Notes: a model not told the origin generated them from the letters alone. DNA of 64,000 bases from Candidatus Latescibacterota bacterium (GCA_965217585.1 OZ244561.1:2688001-2752000), one strand, 5' to 3'; positions 29,039 to 38,868 are shown, counted from the stretch's first letter. Numbers and translations: made by a program.

Positions 29039-31252
29039 ATGAGGATTTCGAGAGAGACGTTGAAGACTGAGGCGGACGCCTTGCGTCAGCGGGCCGAGCC
29101 GATTTGGGCGGCTCTTGAAGATATTCAAGACCGCGAGCTCAACCAGAGAGCTTTCGATAGTTCACTTGAGCACCTTGAACAACAACGCCTTTGCATCACG
29201 GTGATGGGTGAGTTCAACACGGGAAAATCTACTCTCCTCAACACTTTTATCGGAGAGGAACTGCTTCCGACCGACCAATTAGAATGTACGGCAGTGCCGA
29301 CTTGGGTTCGGTGGGCAGACGACGAAAGCCTTGATGAAAATCGACAGGCTACTGTGATTTACGCGGATGGAAGTTCGGATGCTATACCCCTGTCTGAGAT
29401 CAGTGCCCGTACTACCCTTGATCAGGATTCTTGGAAGGAAATTGAACGGGTCGAAATTACTCTACCTAAAGACGAAGGAGAACAAGGACCGACGAACATG
29501 GTGCTCGTAGATACGCCTGGGCTCAACGGCAGTGAGGAGTTGGAGGCACGTAGCAGTCATCAGCTTGGCATGTCTCATGTGACCATTGTCGTGGTTCCCG
29601 TCGATGGGATTGGGCGAAAGAGCGATGTCGATCTAATCAAAAAGGCGTGGTCTATTGCGGACCGTGTCATGGTCGTTATCAACAAGTGCGATCAGCACGT
29701 AAAGACGGGCGATGGCTTTGAGAGGTTTCGGGATGAACTCCGCAGACGGGTTCCCGATCTTCCTCACGAGGCTATTTACACGATCTCTGCCAAATGCGCT
29801 TTCGATGACAACGCCTACCGAGATGAAGAAGATGAACTAAAGAGCGAATTTTGCCGCTTCTACAATGATTTGCGGCAGAATGTTTTAGAGGACCCAACCG
29901 CTGCGTTAAAAAAGCGTCCATTATTACTCCTGCGCGAAATTTGCAAGAAGGAGATCGCTCGCATTGAGAAATTAGAAGCAGAATTCGATACGAGCATTGA
30001 AGCAGCGGAAGCATATCTCGAAGAAGCCCAGGTAAATCTACAACGCTCGCAGGAGAAAATTCTCCAACTTTCGCGTAAGACTTTGATGGGGGAAGTGGAT
30101 ATTTTCCAACACTTTCTGAACGAGGAGCGGTCTCACATCGAACAAAATATGACGAAGTTTGTCGATGAGTTAGATGACGAGTTGCTAAATCGAGATGATC
30201 TGAAAGCGGCGCGACAGTGCGTTTCCAAATGGCTGAACGAAAGCATGCAAGGCGCTATTTTCAATAGGGTTTCTAGCCTGTTAAAGGCAGCGGCGAATCG
30301 ATTGATCTACGACCTTGAAAATCGCGGGCAGGACTCTGCGTTGAATTTGCCCAAGGTGGCTTCTATCAAATTGAACATGGCCCCCTTGAAACAGCAAGCT
30401 GACAAAGCGAGTGAGGCGTTGAGTCGCCGCGAAGACGAAATTGATAGGCTAAAGCAGCAGGTTGCAAGGTGCGAGCGAGCGGTGAAAAAGCGAAAGAAAA
30501 AAGTCGAAACGCTTAGGGAGCAGTCTGCTCAGTTAGAGAATTTAGAAGCGCAACGCAAAAAAGCTGTGAAAGATAAAAGGCAACTTGGGAAGAAACCGAA
30601 TCCAAAAGTGGAAGATTACACTGCTTATGAGACGAGGGAAGTAAAGCGTAGAGGACTGATGAGAATATGGGACTTGTTTTCTACTAAGAAAGAGAGGGTC
30701 CCAGTGAAGCGGCAGCGCAAAAATTATAGCCATGTAAGAAAATGGGAACGCGAGATCGAGGCGGCGGATAAGAAAGTTTCCGGTTTAGAAAAGAAGATCG
30801 CGCCTCTCAAAGACATGCGGAAAGAGATGCAAGAGATCAGAGATGAACTCCCAAAATTGCGGCGGGAAGCTAAGAATACCAAAGCAAAGTTGGAGTGTGC
30901 AGAAAAGTGTCTATTAGAGGAACAGGAAAAGTATCGTCAGGCAGGGATAAAAACCCGACGAGCACAGCTTAAGACAGGTGCCCGAAGGGAGTTGGAAAGT
31001 CTTTTCGATTCACTTCCCGATAGACTTAAAGGGGAGGCTAAGCAAATGCTGAAGGAAATTTCAAGAGATTTCAGTACGCGCTTCAAAGAGGCTGCTGACC
31101 GACAGCACAAATTACTCGCAGACGAGATGGAACAGCGGAAGAAAGAGGCGCGTGCGGCAGATGCCGAACGAGTAAAACGAGAGGGTGTTCGCAAAGCGCT
31201 TGCGGAAGCATTGGAGACTTTTCTCAGTGAAAACCAAGGAGAGAGAACGTGA
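29039..31252 (+). CDS. dynamin-like GTPase 1
   Basis: G1 GEFNTGKS, G2 ECT, G3 DTPG, G4 NKCD, then a long coiled-coil stalk. Confidence 0.9.
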   Translation: MRISRETLKTEADALRQRAEPIWAALEDIQDRELNQRAFDSSLEHLEQQRLCITVMGEFNTGKSTLLNTFIGEELLPTDQLECTAVPTWVRWADDESLDENRQATVIYADGSSDAIPLSEISARTTLDQDSWKEIERVEITLPKDEGEQGPTNMVLVDTPGLNGSEELEARSSHQLGMSHVTIVVVPVDGIGRKSDVDLIKKAWSIADRVMVVINKCDQHVKTGDGFERFRDELRRRVPDLPHEAIYTISAKCAFDDNAYRDEEDELKSEFCRFYNDLRQNVLEDPTAALKKRPLLLLREICKKEIARIEKLEAEFDTSIEAAEAYLEEAQVNLQRSQEKILQLSRKTLMGEVDIFQHFLNEERSHIEQNMTKFVDELDDELLNRDDLKAARQCVSKWLNESMQGAIFNRVSSLLKAAANRLIYDLENRGQDSALNLPKVASIKLNMAPLKQQADKASEALSRREDEIDRLKQQVARCERAVKKRKKKVETLREQSAQLENLEAQRKKAVKDKRQLGKKPNPKVEDYTAYETREVKRRGLMRIWDLFSTKKERVPVKRQRKNYSHVRKWEREIEAADKKVSGLEKKIAPLKDMRKEMQEIRDELPKLRREAKNTKAKLECAEKCLLEEQEKYRQAGIKTRRAQLKTGARRELESLFDSLPDRLKGEAKQMLKEISRDFSTRFKEAADRQHKLLADEMEQRKKEARAADAERVKREGVRKALAEALETFLSENQGERT

Positions 31253-33600
31253 ACATCAAAAATAGATTTGCGGAATTGCGCGACGAAATGGTTGATCTAT
31301 TGAATCGAGCTGCCGCAGTCATGGAGAACGTCGTCCCACACTTAGGCGATGAAAGCGCGAGCAGTCTGCCAAAGACTTTCCAAGAACGGGCCAACACAGT
31401 TCAGAATGAGGAGTTCGTAGTCGTGGTCGTCGGCGAAATGAATCGCGGGAAGTCCGTGCTCCTCAACGCCATGATGCATAAGCAGTTGCTCACAATGGAT
31501 ACGCTTGAGTGTACGGCGACGGTCAATTTTCTTCGACATCCAATTCCGGAAAAAGATCAGTCGCCCGACCGCGTAGAGGTGCATTTTACCAATGGAAAGC
31601 CTCTGGAAAAAGTGCCGGTTGAAAAACTCGCGGATTATACCTCGCGGCTCTCGACTCTCGGTAGTGAGGAGGTGGCAGATTTGGTGGATCATGTAGATGT
31701 CTTTGTTGAATCGCGCTTCCTCAAAGACAATGTATTGCTCGTGGATACTCCGGGAACGAACACAACGACCCATAATCACATTCGGATTACCAACGAACAG
31801 GTCGAGCGTAGTAATGCGGCCATTTTTATTTTTGATGCGGGGACGCAAATGACCCGGTCGGATCGAGAGTTTCTCGAGAGTGTGAAAGAGTCGGTCTCTC
31901 GCCTATTCTTCGTCGTGAACAAAATTGACGATATTGACAAGAATGACATAGACCGGGTTTTGGAGCGCGTGGAGAGCAATATTCACGGGGTGGTGGAGCA
32001 GTCCGAAGTGCGAGTCTTCGGCTTGTCTGGTGCGAAGGCATTGCTCGGGCGCACTGGGTACGTGAAAAATCCGATTTTGGCAGAGAATGAGCGGCATAAG
32101 TTAGACGATCCGCAGTTTTGCAACACTCTGATTGAAGAGTCCCGGATCAATGCCTTTGAGGATGATCTGGAGCGGTATCTTTTTGGTGGTGGCAAGGGCT
32201 ATGATCTCTTGCACAGTCCAATCTCATTCATTCAAATCGAGACTGCAAAGCTCATAGGTAAGTTGCACCGGCAAATTGAGGTTCTCGACGACACATTTGA
32301 TCTGTCCGATCTCGAAATAAAAATAGAAAAGATGGACCGAACTGTTGGAGATCGCAGACGCGAACTCGAAGGCATGACTGATGAACTGTCTGAGGAATTA
32401 TCGCAAGCATTATTGGATGCACAGGGGGCTTTTGAGGAGCGATGCAGGCTAGCGGAAGAAATCCTCAAGGACGATTTCAATGCCTACGACTCGTATGAAG
32501 CACTCGAAGACAACTGGAACGGCGGTGCCCACTTAGCCGAGCTACCGGGCAGAAGTTCCGCGGCACTCGAAAGGCAGGCGGGGAAGTTGTTGCAAGATGC
32601 CGTAAGAAATGTGCTGCGAAAGCAAACGCGAGAGATTCGGAGACAGGTTAGAGGCGAGTTAGGAGAAATCGCTTTGGAACTTCCCGAAATGCCTGAAATG
32701 GTCCTTCAATTGCAGGCACCAAAGAGCGATGAAGCCGAAGAAGCGAAGCTCAAGGAACGTGAGCGAGAAATAGAAGAGATCAACCGAAAGTTGGATCAAC
32801 TAGAGGACCAACAAGCAGGAGGCAGAAACGAACGTCGCTACGTGGAACTACGAGAAGAAAGGCAGCGACTGAGCGAGGAACATCACAGTGAACTCCAACA
32901 TCTCGGCAGTCGCCCTGAAGCGAAAATTAGAAAGGTTGTCGAGGAAGAAGAACAGGATGTTAAGGGGATTGGCGGGTTCGTGGCGTACTTATTTAGGGGG
33001 AAAAAGCGGATACAAATTACCAGAGAAATCGTTGACGACCAAGACCAAGAGGATTATAAAGAGAGGCTGAAGCGCATTGAGACTCAGTATGAGGAGAAAC
33101 TGGCAGAACTCGACCGCGTAACGAAAGAAGCAGAGGAAAAGTACAAGGCCGAGTTGGTGGCGGGACGCAAAGCCGAGAAACTGGAAGAACTCAATCAAAA
33201 TAAGCAGCAGGCATTGGAAAAGGCGGAAAGCCACTATCAGGAGCAATCGGATAAGGCCGGTCAACGCGCTGCCACCTTGAACAAAGTACAGTCGATTAGC
33301 ACTTTCCAACTCGCCGTGGAAACCCTAAAAACTGCTGTGGAGCATTCTGTTGGTCAGACCGAAAATATGGCTACGGATTTCATCGAGAACGCAATGGCTG
33401 AACTCGATGCCACCCTGAAAGCCCACAATCAGGAGTTGGAGAAGCTCAAATCTTTGAAGGAAGTCAAAGAGAGTGAGCGGGACACGGCAAAGGAAGGGAT
33501 TGCGCGGGCAATAGAAGACGTGAAGACCCTGCAAGAGGCGGCGGCGCACGTGGAGAAAGAGCACGAGGCTTTTGCCACAGAATCTGGAGAGGAAAAATAA
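31249..33600 (+). CDS. dynamin-like GTPase 2
   Basis: G1 GEMNRGKS, ECT, DTPG, NKID, ESRI..FE..LE.YL; GTGA overlap with the previous gene. Confidence 0.9.
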   Translation: MNIKNRFAELRDEMVDLLNRAAAVMENVVPHLGDESASSLPKTFQERANTVQNEEFVVVVVGEMNRGKSVLLNAMMHKQLLTMDTLECTATVNFLRHPIPEKDQSPDRVEVHFTNGKPLEKVPVEKLADYTSRLSTLGSEEVADLVDHVDVFVESRFLKDNVLLVDTPGTNTTTHNHIRITNEQVERSNAAIFIFDAGTQMTRSDREFLESVKESVSRLFFVVNKIDDIDKNDIDRVLERVESNIHGVVEQSEVRVFGLSGAKALLGRTGYVKNPILAENERHKLDDPQFCNTLIEESRINAFEDDLERYLFGGGKGYDLLHSPISFIQIETAKLIGKLHRQIEVLDDTFDLSDLEIKIEKMDRTVGDRRRELEGMTDELSEELSQALLDAQGAFEERCRLAEEILKDDFNAYDSYEALEDNWNGGAHLAELPGRSSAALERQAGKLLQDAVRNVLRKQTREIRRQVRGELGEIALELPEMPEMVLQLQAPKSDEAEEAKLKEREREIEEINRKLDQLEDQQAGGRNERRYVELREERQRLSEEHHSELQHLGSRPEAKIRKVVEEEEQDVKGIGGFVAYLFRGKKRIQITREIVDDQDQEDYKERLKRIETQYEEKLAELDRVTKEAEEKYKAELVAGRKAEKLEELNQNKQQALEKAESHYQEQSDKAGQRAATLNKVQSISTFQLAVETLKTAVEHSVGQTENMATDFIENAMAELDATLKAHNQELEKLKSLKEVKESERDTAKEGIARAIEDVKTLQEAAAHVEKEHEAFATESGEEK

Positions 33601-33601
33601 A

Positions 33602-35983
33602 ATGAGCAACGCTATGGAACGCTGGAAAACGATCGTCAAAACACTGGAGGCCGCCGATTTGGACCGTTTGGCGGCTTATGTGCGCGACGAGTCTAATTCT
33701 GCACACGCAGCACTGTTGAGCATCCCTGTCATTGGCGAAACCGGATCGGGAAAGAGCGCGTTGGTTGCTCGTATCTTTGATGTGGAGCCAGCGATTTTTC
33801 CTCAAGATGTCCTCGAATCCACGGCACGCCCAGTGGAAGTCAAGTACGCGCGAACCAGCTATCGTGCCGTGGTGCATGGCGATGACGAATGGGATGAGTG
33901 TGAAGATGACACACATTGGGACGAGCTGGTGCGAGGACGGAAGCCGCTCAGTAGCGGTTCGCGTCTTGAAGTCGGGTTGCAGTGCGAAGATTTGAAGGCT
34001 TGGAACGCGAGTATCGTGGATACGCCCGGCATGAATACCAATACCCCGGAGCTGGAGGGACGCGCTTGGGCTGCAGCCGCTACTGCGCCAGTGGTGATAT
34101 TGACCATTCCCGCGACGAGTACGGGCAGGAGGACTGATATTGATTACTTGGAGAGCTTGGGCGACAACTCGGCGAATGTCGTAATCGCGCTTACAAAAAC
34201 AGATCTGCTTTCTTCAGGTGAAATAGATCGCGTGATAGATGATTTTCGCAATCGCCTTACCAAGTGCGGCATTTCGCCGCTTGGAATACTGCCGACATCG
34301 AGCACCGATGGGAAAGGCATTACAGAGTTGCGGAAGATGCTGGAGGAAGTAACGGGAGAGCGCCGCGAGCAATTGGTCGCGCACCATGTTGGCGGGCGCG
34401 TGGCGGAGAAAATTCAGAGTGAATTGTCGACTCTCCGGCTCAAGCAGACGGCTCTCGAATCCGAGTCAGTGACCACGAGAGAACAAGGCGAGATCGTAGA
34501 GCGCGATATTGTCGCGGAAGGGGCCGATCAAGAGGACGCTCTCAGAAAGGCCACCAACATATTGAAGGATCGCTGTACGCGCCTGCGTCTCGAAGCATTT
34601 AATAACATGCACGAGATCGGCAAGAAAGTTCTCCAAACCATTTCCGATAAGATCGCCCCATTGCAAACATATAGTGAGGTGCAGAGTTTTGCCGAGGACG
34701 CTATTCGCAAATACGTCTTACAGTGGCGGGAGGAGTGTATTGCCACGGCTGAAGATCGCTTGGAGAAGCTCGATCAAGAAGGGATCCAAGTCGCCAAGGA
34801 TGTAGTGTCTCAGCACTTTAATCAGATGGACATTTCAATGGATTGGCTACAAGACCTGCCAGAGGGAAGGGTGTCTCATCGCCCTACTTGGGACTCGACA
34901 TACGAGAATGTGCAACGTTCCCAAGAGGACTTGTTACGCCAAATTGAAGAGTTGCAGAAACACGCTCCAATGGCCGATGAGTTGGAAGCCATTCAACAGG
35001 AACTATCTGTTGCAAAAGAGGATCTTGACGGACTCGAATATGAGCCGCAGATGGATGAGGTTCACCTCGACCAAGGAAAGAGAGAAATTAAAGAAGCTTT
35101 GCGCTGGTCGGGGCAGGCTTTAGACATGGCTTTGACCTTAGCACCTATTCCCACAGGCGGGAAAGTAGGTGTGTTTCTAAAAAATTTACCAAAAGGGAAG
35201 CAGATCATTGGTGGGATCAAAAAGTACAATAAACTCATCGCCGCACGCGACAAATTACTGATAAAGGCCGTGTCCGGTGTTCCGGAGCTACCCAAGCCTA
35301 TGCAGGGAAATCTGCCGACTGCGCCCGGTGGCAAGGTGACAAAAGACGTAGCCCGGGGGTGGTTGATGAAGGCTCTCGATAACTTGTCCCTTGAGACTTG
35401 GGGCGAGCGATTGGGTGGGGTAGTTGGCGACTGGGTTAGCCCGGATAAAGTAGTCGAGATCGAGAATGAAGAGGTGCGTCAAGAGTTTCTCAAGCTCAAA
35501 AAACCCTTTGACGATGAGGTAGTCAGGCTTGAGCACGAACAAGCTAAAATCAAGTCGCGACAGAATCTCCTACAAGACAAACAAATCGAGTGGGAGGACA
35601 AAAAAGAGGAAGCAGCGCGTCTCGAAAAAGAGAGAAGGGATTTGGAGGCAAACCAGCAGCGCTTAGAAGCCGAGGAGAAGGCGACTGCGGCAAAGACGGC
35701 ACTGATGGCACAACTGAGCAGTCAATTTCTCGCCCACGATGGGGATTCGCTCTTCGCGGATGTTCGTCGGGCGGTGAGTGTGGGCTTTGATTCCGCGCGT
35801 GAAGCACTTGAGAACCACCTGCGGGAGCGCGTGAGAGCGATCAAGTCCGAGGTTCAGGCCGCGCTGAAGGAAGCGCGAGCAAAACATGCTCAGGGAGAAG
35901 CGGCTGTCAAAGAAGCTCTTGAAACAAACCAGAAAATGCGTCAGGCCCTTGAGTCCGCATTGTCTCAGTTGGAAGCATTGTGA
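33602..35983 (+). CDS. dynamin-like GTPase 3
   Basis: G1 GETGSGKS, EST, DTPG, TKTD; ATG 1 bp after the previous stop, GAGG RBS. Confidence 0.88.
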   Translation: MSNAMERWKTIVKTLEAADLDRLAAYVRDESNSAHAALLSIPVIGETGSGKSALVARIFDVEPAIFPQDVLESTARPVEVKYARTSYRAVVHGDDEWDECEDDTHWDELVRGRKPLSSGSRLEVGLQCEDLKAWNASIVDTPGMNTNTPELEGRAWAAAATAPVVILTIPATSTGRRTDIDYLESLGDNSANVVIALTKTDLLSSGEIDRVIDDFRNRLTKCGISPLGILPTSSTDGKGITELRKMLEEVTGERREQLVAHHVGGRVAEKIQSELSTLRLKQTALESESVTTREQGEIVERDIVAEGADQEDALRKATNILKDRCTRLRLEAFNNMHEIGKKVLQTISDKIAPLQTYSEVQSFAEDAIRKYVLQWREECIATAEDRLEKLDQEGIQVAKDVVSQHFNQMDISMDWLQDLPEGRVSHRPTWDSTYENVQRSQEDLLRQIEELQKHAPMADELEAIQQELSVAKEDLDGLEYEPQMDEVHLDQGKREIKEALRWSGQALDMALTLAPIPTGGKVGVFLKNLPKGKQIIGGIKKYNKLIAARDKLLIKAVSGVPELPKPMQGNLPTAPGGKVTKDVARGWLMKALDNLSLETWGERLGGVVGDWVSPDKVVEIENEEVRQEFLKLKKPFDDEVVRLEHEQAKIKSRQNLLQDKQIEWEDKKEEAARLEKERRDLEANQQRLEAEEKATAAKTALMAQLSSQFLAHDGDSLFADVRRAVSVGFDSAREALENHLRERVRAIKSEVQAALKEARAKHAQGEAAVKEALETNQKMRQALESALSQLEAL

Positions 35984-36846
35984 GTCAGGGCGCAGAAGCT
36001 CTTTGGGAGCGGGTTCTCGAAAGAGAACGGGGGTTGAAGAGAGTCTTGTCCGACGCCAGTGTAGTCGAGTCGAGCGATGATCCAATTAGTGACAAGCCAC
36101 TTGTGGATTCCGATACTGGGATCGCTGACGATGGGTCTGAACCAGAGACTGATGATCCATTAGCAAATTTCGACCCCGTGATTGACGATGATGAAGCAGA
36201 GGCGGTCGTCGATGTACTCTTCGAGGAATCGGCTGATCTCTGGTTATCGCGGTCGCGTCTCGCGTTGAAACATGCGCTTCAGTCAATGGGCACAGCAAGG
36301 GATGTTCTCCCCATTCGCCGCCCGTTACTGATCTTCTCCTCTCACCGTTCAAAGCTCGCCGCACCCGAGTATCACCGCGTAGAAGTCACGCGAGAGGGTT
36401 GGCCCCGCCGCCTACAATCCACCGAGCCGCTGACAAGCAATGCTGCTGCAAAAACTCTGGCATCTTCCCATTCGATTTCACCGTATTTTGAAGGCGATAC
36501 CGTTGCGGTTGAGGTTCCAAATCCGTTGCTCGCCCGCGATCGATGGATCGTTTTATGGCCAGAGTTGAATGACCTCCCCGACCCGGCGGAGTTTCAGCAA
36601 TGGCGGCAAGTGCGCCGGGTCGTGTGGTGTGTCAAGAGAGATCAAATAGGACCTCGAGATGTCATTAATTGGCTTTCTCGCTCTTGGCCAGACATCCCCA
36701 TTCGCATAGCACTCTTTAGAGCAGCATCGTTTGTTCACGGGGAAAGGGACATGGAAGCAAAACTAAAGAAGCTGTCGGGGGTTCGTCGCGCACTTGAAAA
36801 ATTCGATAGAATTAAAAGCCATCCTTGGATCGTGGTGGGGCCATAA
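35980..36846 (+). CDS. hypothetical protein, possible inactive dynamin-type GTPase fold
   Basis: GTGA overlap; acidic N-terminus; VEVPNPLLARDRWIVLWPELND resembles the dynamin segment leading into DTPG; no P-loop. Confidence 0.7.
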   Translation: MSQGAEALWERVLERERGLKRVLSDASVVESSDDPISDKPLVDSDTGIADDGSEPETDDPLANFDPVIDDDEAEAVVDVLFEESADLWLSRSRLALKHALQSMGTARDVLPIRRPLLIFSSHRSKLAAPEYHRVEVTREGWPRRLQSTEPLTSNAAAKTLASSHSISPYFEGDTVAVEVPNPLLARDRWIVLWPELNDLPDPAEFQQWRQVRRVVWCVKRDQIGPRDVINWLSRSWPDIPIRIALFRAASFVHGERDMEAKLKKLSGVRRALEKFDRIKSHPWIVVGP

Positions 36847-37472
36847 TGACGACGTGGGCAAAAAATCCTTCCGAGTTTCTCGCGTTCCTCAACGGTCTTG
36901 ACAGTCGCGATGCCTTTTCAAAAAGCCAGCGTTTCCCAGTCGTTAGGTCCACCAATGCAAATACCGAGATAAAAAAGCCGCCACTAGAAGCTCAAAACGA
37001 CGTTCTCGCACTGGTGTACGAAATTTTGGGGGTTTTGAGGAAGGGAGGAACGAAAAAAAGACCATCCGCGAGAAACTTACTGAATGTTCCCCAAGTAGAT
37101 GAGTTTTTTTCAAAAGCAACTCAGGCGATGGTCGAGGCGGCGAGTCGACAGAACTCGCCACTGCAAAAGGCGATAGAAGGTCTCGTCACAGAAGCCTATA
37201 TCGAACGAATCCGAATTGAATTTGTCGGCGAATTGGCGCGTTCCCTCAAGGTATTTCGAGTACGCCTCACAAAAGATCGTGCAAAAGACGATGACTGGCA
37301 GGATGAGTTGGATAGCGGAGTCGTGCTGTACGATGTCTTTCGGCCAAATCTATGGGATATTTATCGGGAGCTATGGGACAAATGGCAGGCTGATATGGTA
37401 CGTATCCGCGATCTAGCTACACACGTACAGTGCATCGACAAAACGTTAAAAGGAGAGGAGACAAACTCTTGA
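36846..37472 (+). CDS. hypothetical helical protein of the dynamin operon
   Basis: TAATG overlap with the upstream gene and TTGA overlap downstream; same composition as the island. Confidence 0.75.
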   Translation: MTTWAKNPSEFLAFLNGLDSRDAFSKSQRFPVVRSTNANTEIKKPPLEAQNDVLALVYEILGVLRKGGTKKRPSARNLLNVPQVDEFFSKATQAMVEAASRQNSPLQKAIEGLVTEAYIERIRIEFVGELARSLKVFRVRLTKDRAKDDDWQDELDSGVVLYDVFRPNLWDIYRELWDKWQADMVRIRDLATHVQCIDKTLKGEETNS

Positions 37473-38452
37473 AGAAAACGGTGTTATTTGCATTCGGCGC
37501 TGTGTTCCCCTTGGTCGCCTTGGCTGTTTTAACCATCGTCATGCCCCCTGTCGGAACGTGGGCTATTGTGATGGGGCTTGCTGTAGTCGCCGGGGTACTT
37601 TCAGCGCAGGCCGGACAGGAACTGGTTCAGTTACTCTTGAGCATTCGCAAAGGGCTCGGGGAAGCAAACAAAGAAGCCAAAGCGGCGCAAAGCGAGGCAA
37701 ACAAAATTCTCGCGGAACGGTTCGAGCGTTTTGTAGAGGAATACGGACAGCGAGACGAAGACTGGCGCACCAAAACGCTGGCCGAGTGGCAAGCCGTGAG
37801 GCAAGCGTTGGATTCGTCTTTTGAAAAGATGTTATCGGATGTTCGCTCGCATCTCGCAACACTGGCCGAGCAAGAGCGAGCATGGCAAGAAGAAGCGGTG
37901 CAATCGAGAACCGAGGCCATGCAGGCTGAAGCGAAACAAGCACGCAGTGAATTTGCACAGTTCTGCGAGGCGACGAAAGAAGCGGTAGAACAACACGCAG
38001 CCGTAATTCAAGCGACGCAAAAGACCATTGAGAACGTTGAGGATCATTTCGCCAAGCAGCAGGCGAACGCACTCACTGAGTGGCAAGCCGTGACGCAGGC
38101 GTTGGCTTCGTCTTTTGAGAAGAATCTTGCAGCACTGGCCGAGCGAGAGCGAGTATTGCAAGAAAAAGCGGCGCAAGAGAGAACCGAGGCCATTGATGCT
38201 GAGTTGGCACAAGTAAAAGAAACTTTTGCACTGGTTGAAGATACCCGCAACAAACTCAATGCAGAATTTGAAAAGGTGATTGGGGAGCTTCGCGCACTCG
38301 TTAAAAAAGAGACGCAAAGGCAGGAGGAGCAAAAGAGCGCCGACCGCGATCACCTCGAAAAAATGTTGGAAGTTCAACAAAAGGCCCATGACGAAGCAGA
38401 AGAACGCTCCGGGCAACTGTGGTGCCATTTGCTCGATCAGTTAAAAAGTTAA
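37469..38452 (+). CDS. 2-TM membrane-anchored coiled-coil protein with an internal repeat
   Basis: GAGGAG RBS and TTG start; two N-terminal hydrophobic helices; duplicated EWQAV.QAL.SSFEK...RTEA unit. Confidence 0.8.
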   Translation: MKKTVLFAFGAVFPLVALAVLTIVMPPVGTWAIVMGLAVVAGVLSAQAGQELVQLLLSIRKGLGEANKEAKAAQSEANKILAERFERFVEEYGQRDEDWRTKTLAEWQAVRQALDSSFEKMLSDVRSHLATLAEQERAWQEEAVQSRTEAMQAEAKQARSEFAQFCEATKEAVEQHAAVIQATQKTIENVEDHFAKQQANALTEWQAVTQALASSFEKNLAALAERERVLQEKAAQERTEAIDAELAQVKETFALVEDTRNKLNAEFEKVIGELRALVKKETQRQEEQKSADRDHLEKMLEVQQKAHDEAEERSGQLWCHLLDQLKS

Positions 38453-38859
38453 TGGCTATCCTACATGAACGGCTGCATTCGGAACTTGCCACAACCGAGT
38501 TGAAGGCGGTACTGGCCGAAGATCCAAGGCTGACAAGTCTCGTGGAAAATACGCTGCGCCGTGCGCGGGAACTGGTTGAGCAAAGGCGGGTGCTAGAGGC
38601 GCAAGTCTGGCTAGCGGGAATCACGGCGATCGTCGAACGCTGTCGCCGCGAGCGCATTGCCGCCAAACAGCGTCAAGAAGAGCGCATTGCCACTCTAGTA
38701 GCGAATCTCGGAAGCAACCCCCCGGCCAAAGGTCTCGGCGAACTACTCTCCCATGCGGCAACCCTTCAGCCCGACGTCACCGGCAAGCTCCTCGATGTAG
38801 TAGAAAGTGCGCTGACGGGTGCTGATCCGGGCATACCCCATAGACGACGGACTCGCTAA
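38452..38859 (+). CDS. hypothetical protein, last gene of the dynamin operon
   Basis: TAATG overlap; helical, 135 aa; ends 10 bp before the boundary repeat. Confidence 0.65.
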   Translation: MAILHERLHSELATTELKAVLAEDPRLTSLVENTLRRARELVEQRRVLEAQVWLAGITAIVERCRRERIAAKQRQEERIATLVANLGSNPPAKGLGELLSHAATLQPDVTGKLLDVVESALTGADPGIPHRRRTR

Positions 38860-38868
38860 GCGGACGCT

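Noticed and set aside
33572-33601. Longer TTG start for dynamin 3
   Set aside because: Overlaps the dynamin 2 end; ATG 33602 has an RBS and fits the coupling pattern.
29039-35983. Assigning leoA/leoB/leoC, crfC or dynA gene symbols
   Set aside because: Family-level GTPase motifs are clear, but sizes and gene organisation do not match those loci well enough to name orthologues without a search.
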